A stretch of 64,000 nt of DNA from Diplonema japonicum (taxonomy: Eukaryota; Protista; Euglenozoa: Diplonemea), in assembly GCA_964019335.1 (NCBI GenBank), contig OZ025750.1, positions 62,001 to 126,000 of the forward strand, written 5' to 3'. Both the position numbers and the translations under genes were made by a program. Position 1 is the stretch's first letter, and every line of letters starts with the position of its first letter. Below the pieces are notes generated by a model. The model made no database searches, was not told the origin of the DNA, and was given only the letters and a program-made list of their open reading frames with translations. Positions 18,162-29,459 of the stretch are shown piece after piece.

Positions 18162-21100
18162 ATGCGAGGTACATCCCGCCTAGTAGCCATCGTGGCCAGC
18201 TGCCTTGGGGTTGCTGCAGGCACTGATACAAACATCATACATTGCAGCAGTGGGAGGTCTGTTCCCGTGGAAGAGTGGGACCGTTGCCTGAAGACGGAAG
18301 ACGGTGGGCACGCCATGCTCGTCTCGAAAGACGATCCTGATGAAGCTGACTGGCTTGTTTACGGTGATGAAGACTCCGCTTGTGAAGGAAGCCACACAAC
18401 ACACCCAGTGGACGGCAGGTGCCACGGGGACACCGAATCCGACTTCTCGTTGACGACCAGCGTTGCAGGCTACGCCACCCTGTTGAGCTGCGACAGCAAC
18501 AGTTCGCTCCTTTTCCCTTGGGACCACTGCAATCGTTATTCTGGCTATTATTTCAAGCTGGTCCTTGTGCGTGGAACACTCGCTGACCGAACAGCTGTGG
18601 CGTACCTTTATTTCTACGGCAGTGATGCCACATGTTCTAAACAACTGCAGGCAAACCAGTATACCTGCTCATGCAACTCTGGCAACTCACAAAGATTGAT
18701 GTGCGAGGATCTAACCCCAATACCTGCGACACCTGCGAGTGATGTTGATGTTACGTTTTGCCCAACTGGCGAAACACTACACTTCGGAGATGGAGACAGG
18801 TGTGCCGTTCACACGGAAGGCGTCCGTCAGAGCTTCATGCTCAATGACCTGAGGGGCTCTGTTGAGGATGGGACTGCTGTCGGGAGTCTTGTAGGGTTCA
18901 GTGATGGGAACTGCATCTCAGAAGCTGATGTGGAGGAGATCAGCTGCAGCTGCACGCCATCGGCAACCGCGAGGATCGTGTGCGTAAACTCCGACGAAAC
19001 ACTGGTACCTCTGACACCGGCACCTGTACCAGAACCTTTGGGCGTCCACATAGTAAACTGCAATATCGTCCAAAAGAAAACATTTTTCGTTGAAGAATGG
19101 GACACGTGTACCGCGCAGGGAGGCTTCTTATACAAACTTATAAATGAGGGCGGCTCCCTCATCGATGGCACCGCCCGTGGGGTCTTTAATTACTATCACA
19201 CTGCGAATTGTAGTGACACCCCGTATGAGTCCATACCCCTCACCTGCTACTGTAGGGGCAACCTGGCACGGTTCGTTTGCGGGGTACCCACCACGGCTCC
19301 AACACAGGCACCAGCCACGCTTGTTCCTCCTGGTGCGGAAACCTCAGCACCTTCGATACCGAGCATTGGCATGGAGAACTGTGGTACCAACAGCACTCCT
19401 TATTATGCTAAAGACTGGGACACATGCGGGATGGAAACCTACCCTTACAAAATTGAAAAGGTAAGCGGCTCCCTCGTCGATGGCACCGCCCACGGGGTCT
19501 TGTCTGTATTCGAGGTTAGTGATACAAACTGTGATGGCACAACAATTGCATCGTTTAACCTCAGCTGTGTCTGTCCTGAAAACAAAAACACCTTCTTACG
19601 GTTCATTTGCGGGGCCACATCCGCACCCGACACGCTTGTTCCAACGCAGGCACCTGCCACACTTGTTCCTTCAGGTACGAGAACCCCAACGCAAGCACCT
19701 GCCACACCTGTTCCTTCAGGTACGATAACTCCAACACAAGCACCTGCCACACCTGTTCCTCCAGGTACGAGAACCCCAACGCAAGCTCCTGCCACACCTG
19801 TTCCTTCAGGTACGATAACTCCAACACAAGCACCTGCCACACCTGTTCCTTCAGGTACGAGAACCCCAACACAAGCACCTGCCACACTTCCTCCTACACC
19901 ACCAGCTGCGAGCATTGGCATGGAGAACTGTGTTAACAACAGCACTCTTTATTTTGAAGACTGGGACACATGCGGGATGGAAACCTACCCTTACAAAGTT
20001 GAAAAGGTAAGCGGCTCCCTCCTCGATGGCACCGCCCACGGGGTCTTGTCTGTATTCGAGGTTAGTGATACGAACTGTGATGGCACAACAATTGCATCGT
20101 TTGACCTCAGCTGTGTCTGTCCTGATAAAATCAACAATACCACCTCCTTACGGTTCATTTGCGGGGCCACATCCGCACCCGACACGCTTGTTCCAACGCA
20201 GGCACCTGCCACACCTGTTCCTTCTAATACGATAACCCCAACACAAGCACCTGCCACACCTGTTCCTCCTCCACCAGCTGCAAGCATTGGCATGGAGAAC
20301 TGTGGTACCAACGGGATCAGTTATGCTAAAGACTGGGACACATGCGGGATGGGGGCCTACCCTTACAAGGTTGAAAAGGTAAACGGCTCCCTCCTCGATG
20401 GCACCGCCCACGGGGTCTTGTCTGTATTCGAGGTTAGTGATACAAACTGTGATGGCACAATAATTGCATCGTTTAACCTCAGCTGTGTCTGTCCTGAAAA
20501 CAAGAACACCACCTTACGGTTCGTTTGCTGGGACACAGCCGCACCCGACACGCTTGTTCCAACACTGGCACCTACCGGGCTTCCCACACTTGTTCCTCCT
20601 GGTACGGAAACCTCAGCACCGGAACCTCCAGTAAGGACCCCGGCACCAATAGGTGCGGGTATCGCCGTGGAAAACTGTGGTACCAACGCAACTTTTTATG
20701 CCGAAGACTGGGACACGTGCGGGATTGACACCTACCCTTACAGAGTTGTGAGGGTAAATGGTTCCCTCCTCGATGGCACCGCCCACGGGGTCTTGTCTGT
20801 ATTCAAGGTTGGTGATACAAACTGTAGCGGCATCCCAGTTAGATTGGTGGACATCAGCTGTAACTGTAGAGACAACAAAAACAACACAATGCGTTTCATT
20901 TGCGGGGCCACAGCCGCACCCACACTTGTTCCATCACCACAACGGACACCAGCACCTTGGACGGCTGCACCCTCACCTTCGAGCTTTATCATATTCAAGT
21001 GCACTGGCAATGAACTTTATCGTGTTCAGGACTGGGACACGTGCAATGAGATGGGAGACCACACCTACAAAGTTGTGAATGCAAACAGCTCCTTCATCGA

Positions 21101-21536
21101 CAGTGGCATCCGCGGGGTCCTTTATTTCTTCCGGACGGCAGGCTGCAAGGGTGCTCCGTATGAGATCGTTTTCGTCGGCTGCCATTGTTCTGACAACGTA
21201 ACAGCAGAGTTCATTTGCGCGGCCCCCGCCCCGGTGCCATCTGCATCAGGTTCGAGTGACAACAGCGAAGGCAGCATCACCGAAAGCAGCAGCGGAGGGG
21301 GCAGCACCGAGGGGGACAACAACAACTTGCTTTTTATACTACTAGCGGCGGCGGGTGGGCTGACGGTTGGCTCTCTGGCAGTTGGTCTCGCTTGTTGGAC
21401 AAAAAGGAGAAGGGAAGACCGACAAGCTGTCGATGGCATGATGGTTTGCTTAAAAAAAGAAGAAAAAAAAAGGGAGGGGAAACGCATACAGGAGTATATC
21501 TGCGAGCAAGGCGATGAAGTTGAAATGGCACACTAG
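18162..21536 (+). CDS. Type I membrane/surface glycoprotein (1124 aa) with ~9 Cys-rich ~80-aa repeats and Thr/Pro-rich linkers
   Basis: N-terminal signal peptide (MRGTSRLVAIVASCLGVAAG). Repeated C...WDTC...GSLxDGTAxG...C...CxC...FxC units with many NxS/T sites. A single C-terminal TM segment (LLFILLAAAGGLTVGSLAVGLACW) followed by basic stop-transfer KRRR and a short tail. Confidence 0.88.
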   Translation: MRGTSRLVAIVASCLGVAAGTDTNIIHCSSGRSVPVEEWDRCLKTEDGGHAMLVSKDDPDEADWLVYGDEDSACEGSHTTHPVDGRCHGDTESDFSLTTSVAGYATLLSCDSNSSLLFPWDHCNRYSGYYFKLVLVRGTLADRTAVAYLYFYGSDATCSKQLQANQYTCSCNSGNSQRLMCEDLTPIPATPASDVDVTFCPTGETLHFGDGDRCAVHTEGVRQSFMLNDLRGSVEDGTAVGSLVGFSDGNCISEADVEEISCSCTPSATARIVCVNSDETLVPLTPAPVPEPLGVHIVNCNIVQKKTFFVEEWDTCTAQGGFLYKLINEGGSLIDGTARGVFNYYHTANCSDTPYESIPLTCYCRGNLARFVCGVPTTAPTQAPATLVPPGAETSAPSIPSIGMENCGTNSTPYYAKDWDTCGMETYPYKIEKVSGSLVDGTAHGVLSVFEVSDTNCDGTTIASFNLSCVCPENKNTFLRFICGATSAPDTLVPTQAPATLVPSGTRTPTQAPATPVPSGTITPTQAPATPVPPGTRTPTQAPATPVPSGTITPTQAPATPVPSGTRTPTQAPATLPPTPPAASIGMENCVNNSTLYFEDWDTCGMETYPYKVEKVSGSLLDGTAHGVLSVFEVSDTNCDGTTIASFDLSCVCPDKINNTTSLRFICGATSAPDTLVPTQAPATPVPSNTITPTQAPATPVPPPPAASIGMENCGTNGISYAKDWDTCGMGAYPYKVEKVNGSLLDGTAHGVLSVFEVSDTNCDGTIIASFNLSCVCPENKNTTLRFVCWDTAAPDTLVPTLAPTGLPTLVPPGTETSAPEPPVRTPAPIGAGIAVENCGTNATFYAEDWDTCGIDTYPYRVVRVNGSLLDGTAHGVLSVFKVGDTNCSGIPVRLVDISCNCRDNKNNTMRFICGATAAPTLVPSPQRTPAPWTAAPSPSSFIIFKCTGNELYRVQDWDTCNEMGDHTYKVVNANSSFIDSGIRGVLYFFRTAGCKGAPYEIVFVGCHCSDNVTAEFICAAPAPVPSASGSSDNSEGSITESSSGGGSTEGDNNNLLFILLAAAGGLTVGSLAVGLACWTKRRREDRQAVDGMMVCLKKEEKKREGKRIQEYICEQGDEVEMAH
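19640..19890 (+). repeat. Coding 45-nt minisatellite (TPTQAPATPVPSGT[R/I]) x ~5
   Basis: Direct repeats of CCAACACAAGCACCTGCCACACCTGTTCCTTCAGGTACGA-type units inside the CDS. Confidence 0.9.
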
Positions 21537-21890
21537 TTGGGTTCTCCTGAAGATCCTTCTGTCACTTAAGTGTTCAACTGGTCTTCAGGGGAGCAAAAAA
21601 GAAAAAGAAAAGTCACAAGAATTGGTTTTAGGTGGGGGAGGGAAGCGTTTTTGGCTAACGTTTAAAGGGGGGGAGAGAAAAATGAAAAAGAAAGTTGTAC
21701 TTTTAGAACCTTTTTTTTTTTCCCGTGGTGAATCAACGCCAAGAGGGAGGGGGTAGTTGAGCTAAACCACACGAGGAAAAAAAAAGAAAAAAAGCTTTTT
21801 TTAAAGCCTGTTTTCTTCTTGAGTTTTTGCAGCATCTGTGAAACTCGCAAAACTAAAGCAGAGCGATCTTTTGCCGAGATCCAAAAGAAA

Positions 21891-24240
21891 AATGGGGCTT
21901 TGGTTGCAACACTATTTGGCGTTAAGTGTGCAGCGTGGTGGTGGGTCTATCTTGTGTTGTTTCCCTTCTGCGTCGCTGCATTCTTATCGGCAGATGGGGT
22001 GGGAATTCTTCGGGTTGGTTCGAGGTAGGTCGGCACGAATTTATTGTTCCAGTCGTCTCTCCCCGGTGAGCCGGTTGCGAGTCGCTGTTCGAGGATGAAG
22101 CGCACCTTGTCGTATGATGCGAAAGTGGGTCCGCAGGTATACCCTCGGATCCGTTTGTTTGCACCAATGGATCGGAGGGAGGATGTCAAGAAGGGTTTCC
22201 CGGGGATAGGAGGGGATCGTGCTTTCTTTTCGGCCACCTCTGACAGTTTTGTCAAGACTCTAGCTAGCCGGTTTGCACGCTTGCACGTACGTCAGCTGTT
22301 TTTTCCATGATTAGCTGTTTGGTCGTGGCCTCAAAGTCGAATGCGAGCTCTATCCTTGAGACTGAACCATGAGGGCTCCACTGCAGCATGCGAAGCCATT
22401 TGAGCACTTCTGGGACAATCGTATCCCCATGGAAGTGTTTTAATCCGTTGCATTTGTACCAGTCCAGGCTTGGCACCGAGCACACCTTTCCCACCAGTGG
22501 TCTGTTCCAGGGAAACCTTTCCACTGCGGTCTTCTTCGATTCTTGCTTTGCGCTCACCCTTCTGATTATCGCGAGCAGCATTTGCTGAATTATCTCCGGC
22601 TTTTCCGTCTTACATTCCAGAGGGATGATGCCGTGTAGTGCAAGGCAGCGAGTGATCCCCTCTGCGGATTTCGTCAATTGCACGGCCGACACCAATAAAG
22701 GAGGGTCTGCCTTTGGCAACTGCGTTCCTTCTGATCGCTTTTGTCACCCGCCGTATTTCATGACCTCTGGCAGCTTTATGCATGCCCAAGAGGGTCCTGG
22801 CCCAAGGCCAACCTAGCTTGGCTGGCTCCAGAAGACGTAGGAATGTTCCTATGGGATAAGCTGATCTCATATTCTTCTTGTACTTCTTCCGGATTTCTCT
22901 CGCACGCTTCCTTAGTCTCCGATCTTCAGCTAGCCTCAGGACGGTGCCCGCCGTCCTGTAGGCAAAGGCAGCAAGAGGGTCGTGTGTATGGCCAGGTAGT
23001 GCAATGTTCAGGAGCGCACCCGATGAGCGTGTGGTGTTGTACGGACCCCACAGACAATCTGTTACAGCGATCCTAAGGGCGTCGATCTTCGCGTTTGACG
23101 GTGGGGCATATGGCGCACCGTATAAGGCAGCGGGTAGTATGGACTGGCCTACGATGAGGGCTTTCCTTGCAAATGGGAGCTGTAGTGCGGCTAGCCTCTT
23201 GGCCGTCTCAATTGCCTTCTCCACCCTCTTGTTGTCAGCCCTACCTTTCCTCTCCATCGACAGAGTGACTCCAAGGATCTTCACCTTCTTCCTCGCAGCA
23301 AATGTAAAGCCACCCTGTTGCAGTGTGGACGTATATTTCTTCTTTGTGCTGAAGGCAAGCGTCTTCTCGTGGTTCAGAGCCATCCCCGTGATATCACAGA
23401 ACTCAGATACTCTATCTACAGCTCGCTGTACGTGTCGTTCTGATTTTCTGCTGTACAACGTCACATCATCGGCGTAAGAGGTTGATTTCGCCTTCGTCGA
23501 GTGTCCGATTTCCTTGACCATGACTGAGAGCAGCGCGTTGATCAGAACGGCAGACAACGGGCATCCCTGGAGGACTCCATTGCCCACGTGCAGCACCTCT
23601 CCTACCCCAAGCGGTAGTTTCAGACGGTTCTCATACACGTATCGCATTGGACGGGTGATGGATACACTCAGACCAAGGTCTTGACGGTGCGGAAATTTCC
23701 CGGAGTATCGGCTGTCGCAAGTCCCCTCGTCCCCGCTGCGTGGGATCAGCTCCTAGGAGGTCCTCAACAACGGTGGCCAGGTACCGAATGGCTGAATTCA
23801 CATCGGTCAGGAGGGCCGTGTTGAAGATCCCGCGGTCGAACGGGCTATGCGCTCCTGTGATGACGGTGCTTGGGCATTTGAGCTGCCTGGGTACCTTGTA
23901 CATGGGTACGAGTTGTCGCATGGCTGTAGCTTCAGTGTCACAGTTAGCGCCCGGTGTGATGGTACGCCTATGTCTTCAGTGACACACGACACGAGCGCTG
24001 CAGCAGCTACGGAGTCGTCAGGATGTAGTCGGGTCTCGTGGCCGCAACGGCAGTAACGTAGGGTGCCTTGCAAACATCAACTGTCCTCCCTGGTTTCCGC
24101 ATGAACGCAGGCGGAAGCCAAAGCTCCTCACCTGCCCGTCGTACCACCTGCGCACTTGAAGTGCCCACCCCTTCTCGCTCGTCTCTTCGCGGCCGAAGCC
24201 CCCGGGCGGCGCCTCCGTGGAGGCGGACGAGCCGGGTTTT
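21891..24240 (-). mobile_element. Decayed non-LTR retrotransposon (APE endonuclease end, internally deleted RT, C-terminal region, 3' end)
   Basis: ORF 22610-23647 has RT motifs GVLQGCPLS and SYADDVTL plus KILGV. Upstream DIGVPSHRALTVTL resembles the APE SDH motif. Downstream ORF has VLKWLRMLQW...VSRIELAFDFE. Frameshifted, and the N-terminal RT subdomains are missing. Confidence 0.88.
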
Positions 24241-24380
24241 GTCATTTTTTTGAATGACTGATTAGTTTACCCAGTAACCCCCTTTTGAAAAAGAAAGAGA
24301 AAAAAGAAAAACCTGTCTGTATTCTTGTTGTCAGTGCACCAAAGCACACCGAAGTTTTATCAAGTTTTATTTTATTAAAA

Positions 24381-24851
24381 AGTGTCGACGGTGGAGCTGG
24401 CACTGGATTTCGAGAACGTGACCGGGAAGACCCTTGGAGGGAAGCTGGGGGATCTCGCAGAAGTACAGCAGAAAGCGAGGAGATTGCATGGACTGATGAA
24501 GAAGATCTGGCACACATGGGAGCTAGGGAGGGTACTGAAGAAGGTGAAAGGAAGGAGGGCCTTCCCAGCTGAGCCGAGCACAAGGGTGCACACACTACGA
24601 TCCATCGGGAGGACAAAGGCGGTGATCGGATGGAACAGGAGGGCGATATTTGCATCACCGAAGACCAAGCATGACCTAGAGGCGTTGAAAGGACAATGGG
24701 CGAGAGAACGAAGAGAAAGAGCGGCCAGGCTGGGGAGAAGGCCGGCAAGACCACCAAAGGAGGAGAAACCGCTGCTGAAAGGGGATAGGTGCAGGTAGAA
24801 GATGAGAACAAGGGGGCGTCTCACAAAGACTTCCTTTAACTCATATATTTA
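24381..24851 (+). mobile_element. 5'-truncated 3' fragment of a second non-LTR family
   Basis: Encodes STVELALDFENVTG, related to the ELAFDFE motif of the adjacent LINE. Near-identical to 54385-54690. Ends GGGGCGTCTCACAAAGACTTCCTTTAACTCATATATTT. Confidence 0.72.
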
Positions 24852-25167
24852 TTTTTGACATTTGCTGCTATTTCTTGGTTAGTCAGTTGAAAAAAATGAT
24901 GATTATGACTGCCCGTGACTCTGAAAAAAAAAAAGATTTAATCGGAGTTCGAGCTTATCAACAAGTTCTGGCAACTCATTTTTATTTTTCCTTTCTTTTT
25001 TTGTTTCTCTTTTTTGTTTGTGTGCGAGTTTATCCCATTTTTTTGGCACGTTGTGTTAGAATAGTTTTTTTTCTTTTTTTTTTTTGAGGTTTTGAAAAAT
25101 TTCCCCCGTCCGTTCATTTTTTTTCAGGAAGGGGGGGGGGGAGGAGGGGAGGGGAGAAAAGAGAGAA

Positions 25168-28100
25168 ATGCCCCAAGTGCCCCTACAACTGACAGCACTC
25201 ATCATCGTTGCAATAATGTTACAACTGAGCACGGCACAGACGATCGTAGGGAGGTATGCAGGGGGCTTCGCCACCCAGTACGCCCTCCACCCCGATGGCG
25301 ACATCGTGTACATAGCAGACGGCCCCAACGGTGTAGTAGTGGTGGATGTGACTAAAGTTCCGAACGCTGGAAATCCAGGAGCAGCGATCATCCTCAAGGG
25401 AAACATTTTAAGCATTTCTGCAAATGCAGTCCACATAGATGGTAACTCCTTGTTCGTCGGTGGCACCGCTGGAACGCTGTACAAGTACGACATCACCGCG
25501 AAGACATCGCCGAGCAAAGTTGGTGAGGCAATTAGTTCCAAAGGTGCGATGACCGCTGTGACATCGTTTCCGGGTGGAAAGCGAGCGTACACATGCCACG
25601 CGAATGGTATTGAGGAGTTCGACATCACCGGCCTCATTCCAGTCCGTGTTGCCACAAACGTACTTCTCCAGAGGTGCTACGACATGAAGTTACACACGGC
25701 AAAGAGGTTTCTGAACGTAGTGGGTTTTTTTAATGTTGAGAGTATTGACGTATACTACACAGTTGCTGGGACCGATGCCTTAACCCTGACCTCATCGTTG
25801 TCCAGTGTCATCACTTACCCCGGTTATTCTGTTGACATTTCTGTCGACGGGACCACCTCATACTACACTAATAGCATCTCTGAGCTCGCGATGGTAAACG
25901 ACAAATACCATTATCATGAACCCACCGGCCGCCCCGGCCTTGCCGGTATCGCCCGCTACGACCCAGCCGACCGTGTCTTCGCCACCACGACTGACGGGAA
26001 GCTCATCTGGTACAAAATGCAGCTCCCCATGACCGCTGTCTTCGAAAGCTTTTTGGGGATTGGTTCCAAGTCTGGGCAGAGAGGCCTTGGCCTGCACCAA
26101 AACAAATACATCTACGCGTGCATGTCAAACACGGGGTTTGTCATTATCGATGTCAGTTTGCTCTTGGAGAGCACGCCTGCTCCTGACACTCCGGCTCCTG
26201 ATACCCCAGCACCCAAGACACCCGCTCCTGATACTCCAGCACCTAAGACACCTGCTCCTGATACCCCGGCTCCGAAGACACCTGCTCCTGATACCCCAGC
26301 TCCTAAAACTCCGGCTCCTGATACTCCTGCACCTAAGACACCTGCTCCTGATACACCCGCACCTAAAACTCCAGCTCCTGATACCCCAGCTCCGAAGACA
26401 CCTGCTCCTGATACTCCAGCTCCTAAAACTCCAGCTCCTGATACACCTGCACCTAAGACTCCAGCTCCTGATACCCCAGCACCCAAGACTCCGGCTCCTG
26501 ATACGCCGGCACCTAAGACACCTGCTCCTGATACACCCGCACCTAAGACTCCAGCTCCTGATACCCCAGCTCCGAAGACACCTGCTCCTGATACTCCAGC
26601 TCCTGATACCCCGGCTCCGAAGACACCTGCTCCTGATACTCCAGCTCCTAAAACTCCGGCTCCTGATACCCCAGCTCCGAAGACACCTGCTCCTGATACT
26701 CCAGCTCCTAAAACTCCAGCTCCTGATACACCTGCACCTAAGACGCCAGCTCCTGATACCCCAGCACCCAAGACTCCGGCTCCTGATACGCCGGTACCTG
26801 GGACACCTGCTCCTGATACTCCGGCTCCTAAAACACCAATCCCTGATACACCTGCACCTAAGACTCCAGCCCCTGATACTCCAGCACCTAAGACACCTGC
26901 TCCTGATACCCCCGCACCTAAAACTCCGGTTCCTGATACACCGGCACCCAAAACCCCATTTCCCGAAACCCCAACTCCTCAAACACCTGCTCCTGATACC
27001 CCTGCACCCAAAACAGCGGTTCCCACACTTGCACCTCTGACCACTACTCCCACAACTCTTGCCCCGAAGACAGCAACACCGACAGCAGTTCCCGAGACAG
27101 AAGCCCCAGCAGTGGTGAAGGAGGAGCAGATCAACACAGCAGGGTCGGTGGCAGCAGTCACATCTGTTGCAGCGGCCGGTGCAGCGGCAGGGGCAGCAAC
27201 AAGACTCGTCATCGTGAGCCAAGGGTGTCTCTTGAACGGGAAGCAGAAGCTCCCTCGTGCACTGCACCCAACACAGATGGAGATCGCAGGGTCTGAGGCA
27301 GTGGGGCTGGTGATCGGGAACTTCGCCATCATCGCCGGGTTCACTGCCCTGTGCTTTGTGGTGCTGCAGGCGGTCTCCCGATGGGGCCCTGCGGTGATGC
27401 CGAAGTTATTAGAGGGCCTCGACACCCAAGGCTTGCTGCGGTTCCCTTCTGTTCCTCTGTTCGTGTTCCAGCTTCTGTACCAAGGGACCACACTCGGGTC
27501 GATCCACCTCCTCGCGCAGCCACCTCATGTAGGGGGCTTCCTTGTTGGGGCAGTGTCGATGTGTGTGTGTGTCATTGTCCCGCTGCTTGTGTTCCGTGTG
27601 ATGACACGCGACGTCCCTTGGGCAGGGGTGTACATGCCGGAGACAGACTGTGGGCAGGTTCGGGCCCTGTTCCTTGGCCCCGGTGAGTGGGTCTCCACAT
27701 CCCCCATGAACCACTGGATAAACAGGTACGGGTCGGTGGTGCGGACCTACAGGCAGGAGGCGGCATGGTTCTCCATCATCGAGTTCTCGGCGAGTCTTGC
27801 GATATCGGGGATACAGGCGGCGGAGACAGACACGTACACAGGGTGCGGGCACAAGAAGGTCTTCACGGCTATCATCTTCTTCATAATACTATTATTGGAG
27901 GCGGTGGTGTGGCCCCATGCAAGGCCAAGGGATAATGTTCTTGACTTCACGATGCTCGGGGTGCAAGGGGCAGCGATGCTCCTGATGTCAGTGGGGTACT
28001 ATGAGGGGACGACTGTTCATTGGACTTTCGATGTGGCGTCAGAGCTTCTGATGGCGTCTGTGGTGGTGCTTCTTGTGAAGGTTGCGATGGATCTGTGCAG

Positions 28101-28374
28101 CGAAGGGTACATCTTCTTCTCGGGGAGGCGGCGGTTCTTGCAGGATGCGATGTTCACTGACCAGGAGCTGGTGCTACCTGAAAAAACTGGTGATTCCACA
28201 GAGCCAGCTCCTTTTATACTGCCACCTACCCAGAGAAAGGGATCCCCTTTCGGTATCTCTGGAGAAGTAAATCTAATGGAACTAGATATGTCTGCGAGCT
28301 CTTACAACAGAGTAGGATCCGAGATGACCTCAAAGCGTAGTAGTCCTCCAGCAAGGGTGTTCACGTCGGTATAG
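25168..28374 (+). CDS. Surface receptor family copy 1: signal peptide, LVIVD-like beta-propeller, (TPAPD/K)n stalk, multipass TM module
   Basis: Signal peptide ending STAQ. YIADGPNGVVVVDVT and YACMSNTGFVIIDVS LVIVD-like blades. Mucin-like stalk. About 7-8 hydrophobic segments in the conserved C-terminal module. Confidence 0.9.
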   Translation: MPQVPLQLTALIIVAIMLQLSTAQTIVGRYAGGFATQYALHPDGDIVYIADGPNGVVVVDVTKVPNAGNPGAAIILKGNILSISANAVHIDGNSLFVGGTAGTLYKYDITAKTSPSKVGEAISSKGAMTAVTSFPGGKRAYTCHANGIEEFDITGLIPVRVATNVLLQRCYDMKLHTAKRFLNVVGFFNVESIDVYYTVAGTDALTLTSSLSSVITYPGYSVDISVDGTTSYYTNSISELAMVNDKYHYHEPTGRPGLAGIARYDPADRVFATTTDGKLIWYKMQLPMTAVFESFLGIGSKSGQRGLGLHQNKYIYACMSNTGFVIIDVSLLLESTPAPDTPAPDTPAPKTPAPDTPAPKTPAPDTPAPKTPAPDTPAPKTPAPDTPAPKTPAPDTPAPKTPAPDTPAPKTPAPDTPAPKTPAPDTPAPKTPAPDTPAPKTPAPDTPAPKTPAPDTPAPKTPAPDTPAPKTPAPDTPAPDTPAPKTPAPDTPAPKTPAPDTPAPKTPAPDTPAPKTPAPDTPAPKTPAPDTPAPKTPAPDTPVPGTPAPDTPAPKTPIPDTPAPKTPAPDTPAPKTPAPDTPAPKTPVPDTPAPKTPFPETPTPQTPAPDTPAPKTAVPTLAPLTTTPTTLAPKTATPTAVPETEAPAVVKEEQINTAGSVAAVTSVAAAGAAAGAATRLVIVSQGCLLNGKQKLPRALHPTQMEIAGSEAVGLVIGNFAIIAGFTALCFVVLQAVSRWGPAVMPKLLEGLDTQGLLRFPSVPLFVFQLLYQGTTLGSIHLLAQPPHVGGFLVGAVSMCVCVIVPLLVFRVMTRDVPWAGVYMPETDCGQVRALFLGPGEWVSTSPMNHWINRYGSVVRTYRQEAAWFSIIEFSASLAISGIQAAETDTYTGCGHKKVFTAIIFFIILLLEAVVWPHARPRDNVLDFTMLGVQGAAMLLMSVGYYEGTTVHWTFDVASELLMASVVVLLVKVAMDLCSEGYIFFSGRRRFLQDAMFTDQELVLPEKTGDSTEPAPFILPPTQRKGSPFGISGEVNLMELDMSASSYNRVGSEMTSKRSSPPARVFTSV
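26173..27010 (+). repeat. Coding 15/30-nt minisatellite encoding alternating TPAPD/TPAPK pentapeptides (~55 units)
   Basis: Direct tandem repeats with synonymous third-position variation. Confidence 0.95.
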
Positions 28375-28463
28375 AAAAAAAAAGGAATAAGGAAGAAAAA
28401 AGAATCAAGAACAGTTTTTTTAAAGGTGGTGGGGATAACATGAAAATATAAGAAGTACATCAG

Positions 28464-28752
28464 ATGTGTTGTTCGCTGTTGACCTCCTCGTCGGTCATCA
28501 CCGGTAGCGCCCGAGTGGAAGAACGTAACGCAGATGCTCAGGGTGACGAACAGGCAGCAAACTGCACGAGCGCAGAATCTTGGTTACCCGGGACGCCCCG
28601 GCTAGGGTTGAGCACACCGCACGCATTAAGGACACGACGCGGAACGCAGAAGAAGCTACTGCTCGGCCGAGGAGCGCCCCCTGTAATCAAGTAGGTAGTT
28701 CGTGCTTCATTGCACGCTTAACGCCACCTAGTGTTGCAATCAAAGCCCCATT
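28464..28752 (+). mobile_element. Short retroelement relic sharing the 3' terminus of the LINE at 21891
   Basis: Ends TGCACGCTTAACGCCACCTAGTGTTGCAATCAAAGCCCCATTT, matching the reverse complement of 21891-21935 (TGCACACTTAACGCCAAATAGTGTTGCAACCAAAGCCCCATT). The 5' boundary is approximate. Confidence 0.62.
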
Positions 28753-29459
28753 TTTTTTTTTAAAAAAGAAATGGATTCAATTCCAATTTCGATCCCCCCC
28801 CCCCCTTTTTACGCTTATCCGCTAAGTGACCCATCACAGCCCGCGTTTTGAGGGGCTAAAAGAATTTCCAATTGCTTTTTCTAGGGCTGGAATGGATTTC
28901 GGGCCCAATGTACGACTCTGCAGAATGAAGCAGCCCCGGTGGAAAAAAAAACACAACAAAGGCGGTTCGATGATGGAATCGAACCAGTTTTTCAAAGGTT
29001 AAGGTTTGCAAAAATGGCCAAAAACCCAAAATGGCGACTTCTGAGGTCATTTTGGTTAGCCCCCAAGATTTTCTTTTTGGAAAATCTTTTTTTTGGAACT
29101 TCCTTGGAACTCACCGTTCTTCCATCCTAGAAAGAGTTGAAAAATGAAAGGAAAAAAAAAAAGAAAATTTAAAAAAAGAATAAGAGAAGGGGAGAGGGGG
29201 GGGTTTTTACGCCCATCATATTTCTAAGGTGGTTCATGGCGCCCCCATTCTTCTTAGTTTCTTGCAGAGAAAGAAAGAAAAGCGGCCCCAGAAACCCGGC
29301 TTAGAGATATGAACCCGCAAACCCGCGGTGGGTAGAGCTGCTGTCACGGAAGGCGGAATATACCCTACTCTGAAGGGTGCCGGAGTGTGCCCCCCCCCCC
29401 CCCCCCCCCCCCTCACCCCTTTTTGTTTCGTTTTGTTCCTTAATTTTTTTTTGGGGGCC

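Noticed and set aside
26173-27010. Regular short repeats superficially like a CRISPR array
   Set aside because: No unique spacers, in-frame coding repeat, no cas genes, eukaryotic context.
26060-27267. Long alternative-frame and antisense ORFs (LLIPQL..., GAGVS..., RSRCL...) over the stalks; similar ones at 32207, 38412 and 44878
   Set aside because: Shadows of stop-poor coding minisatellites; synonymous variation fits the TPAP frame.
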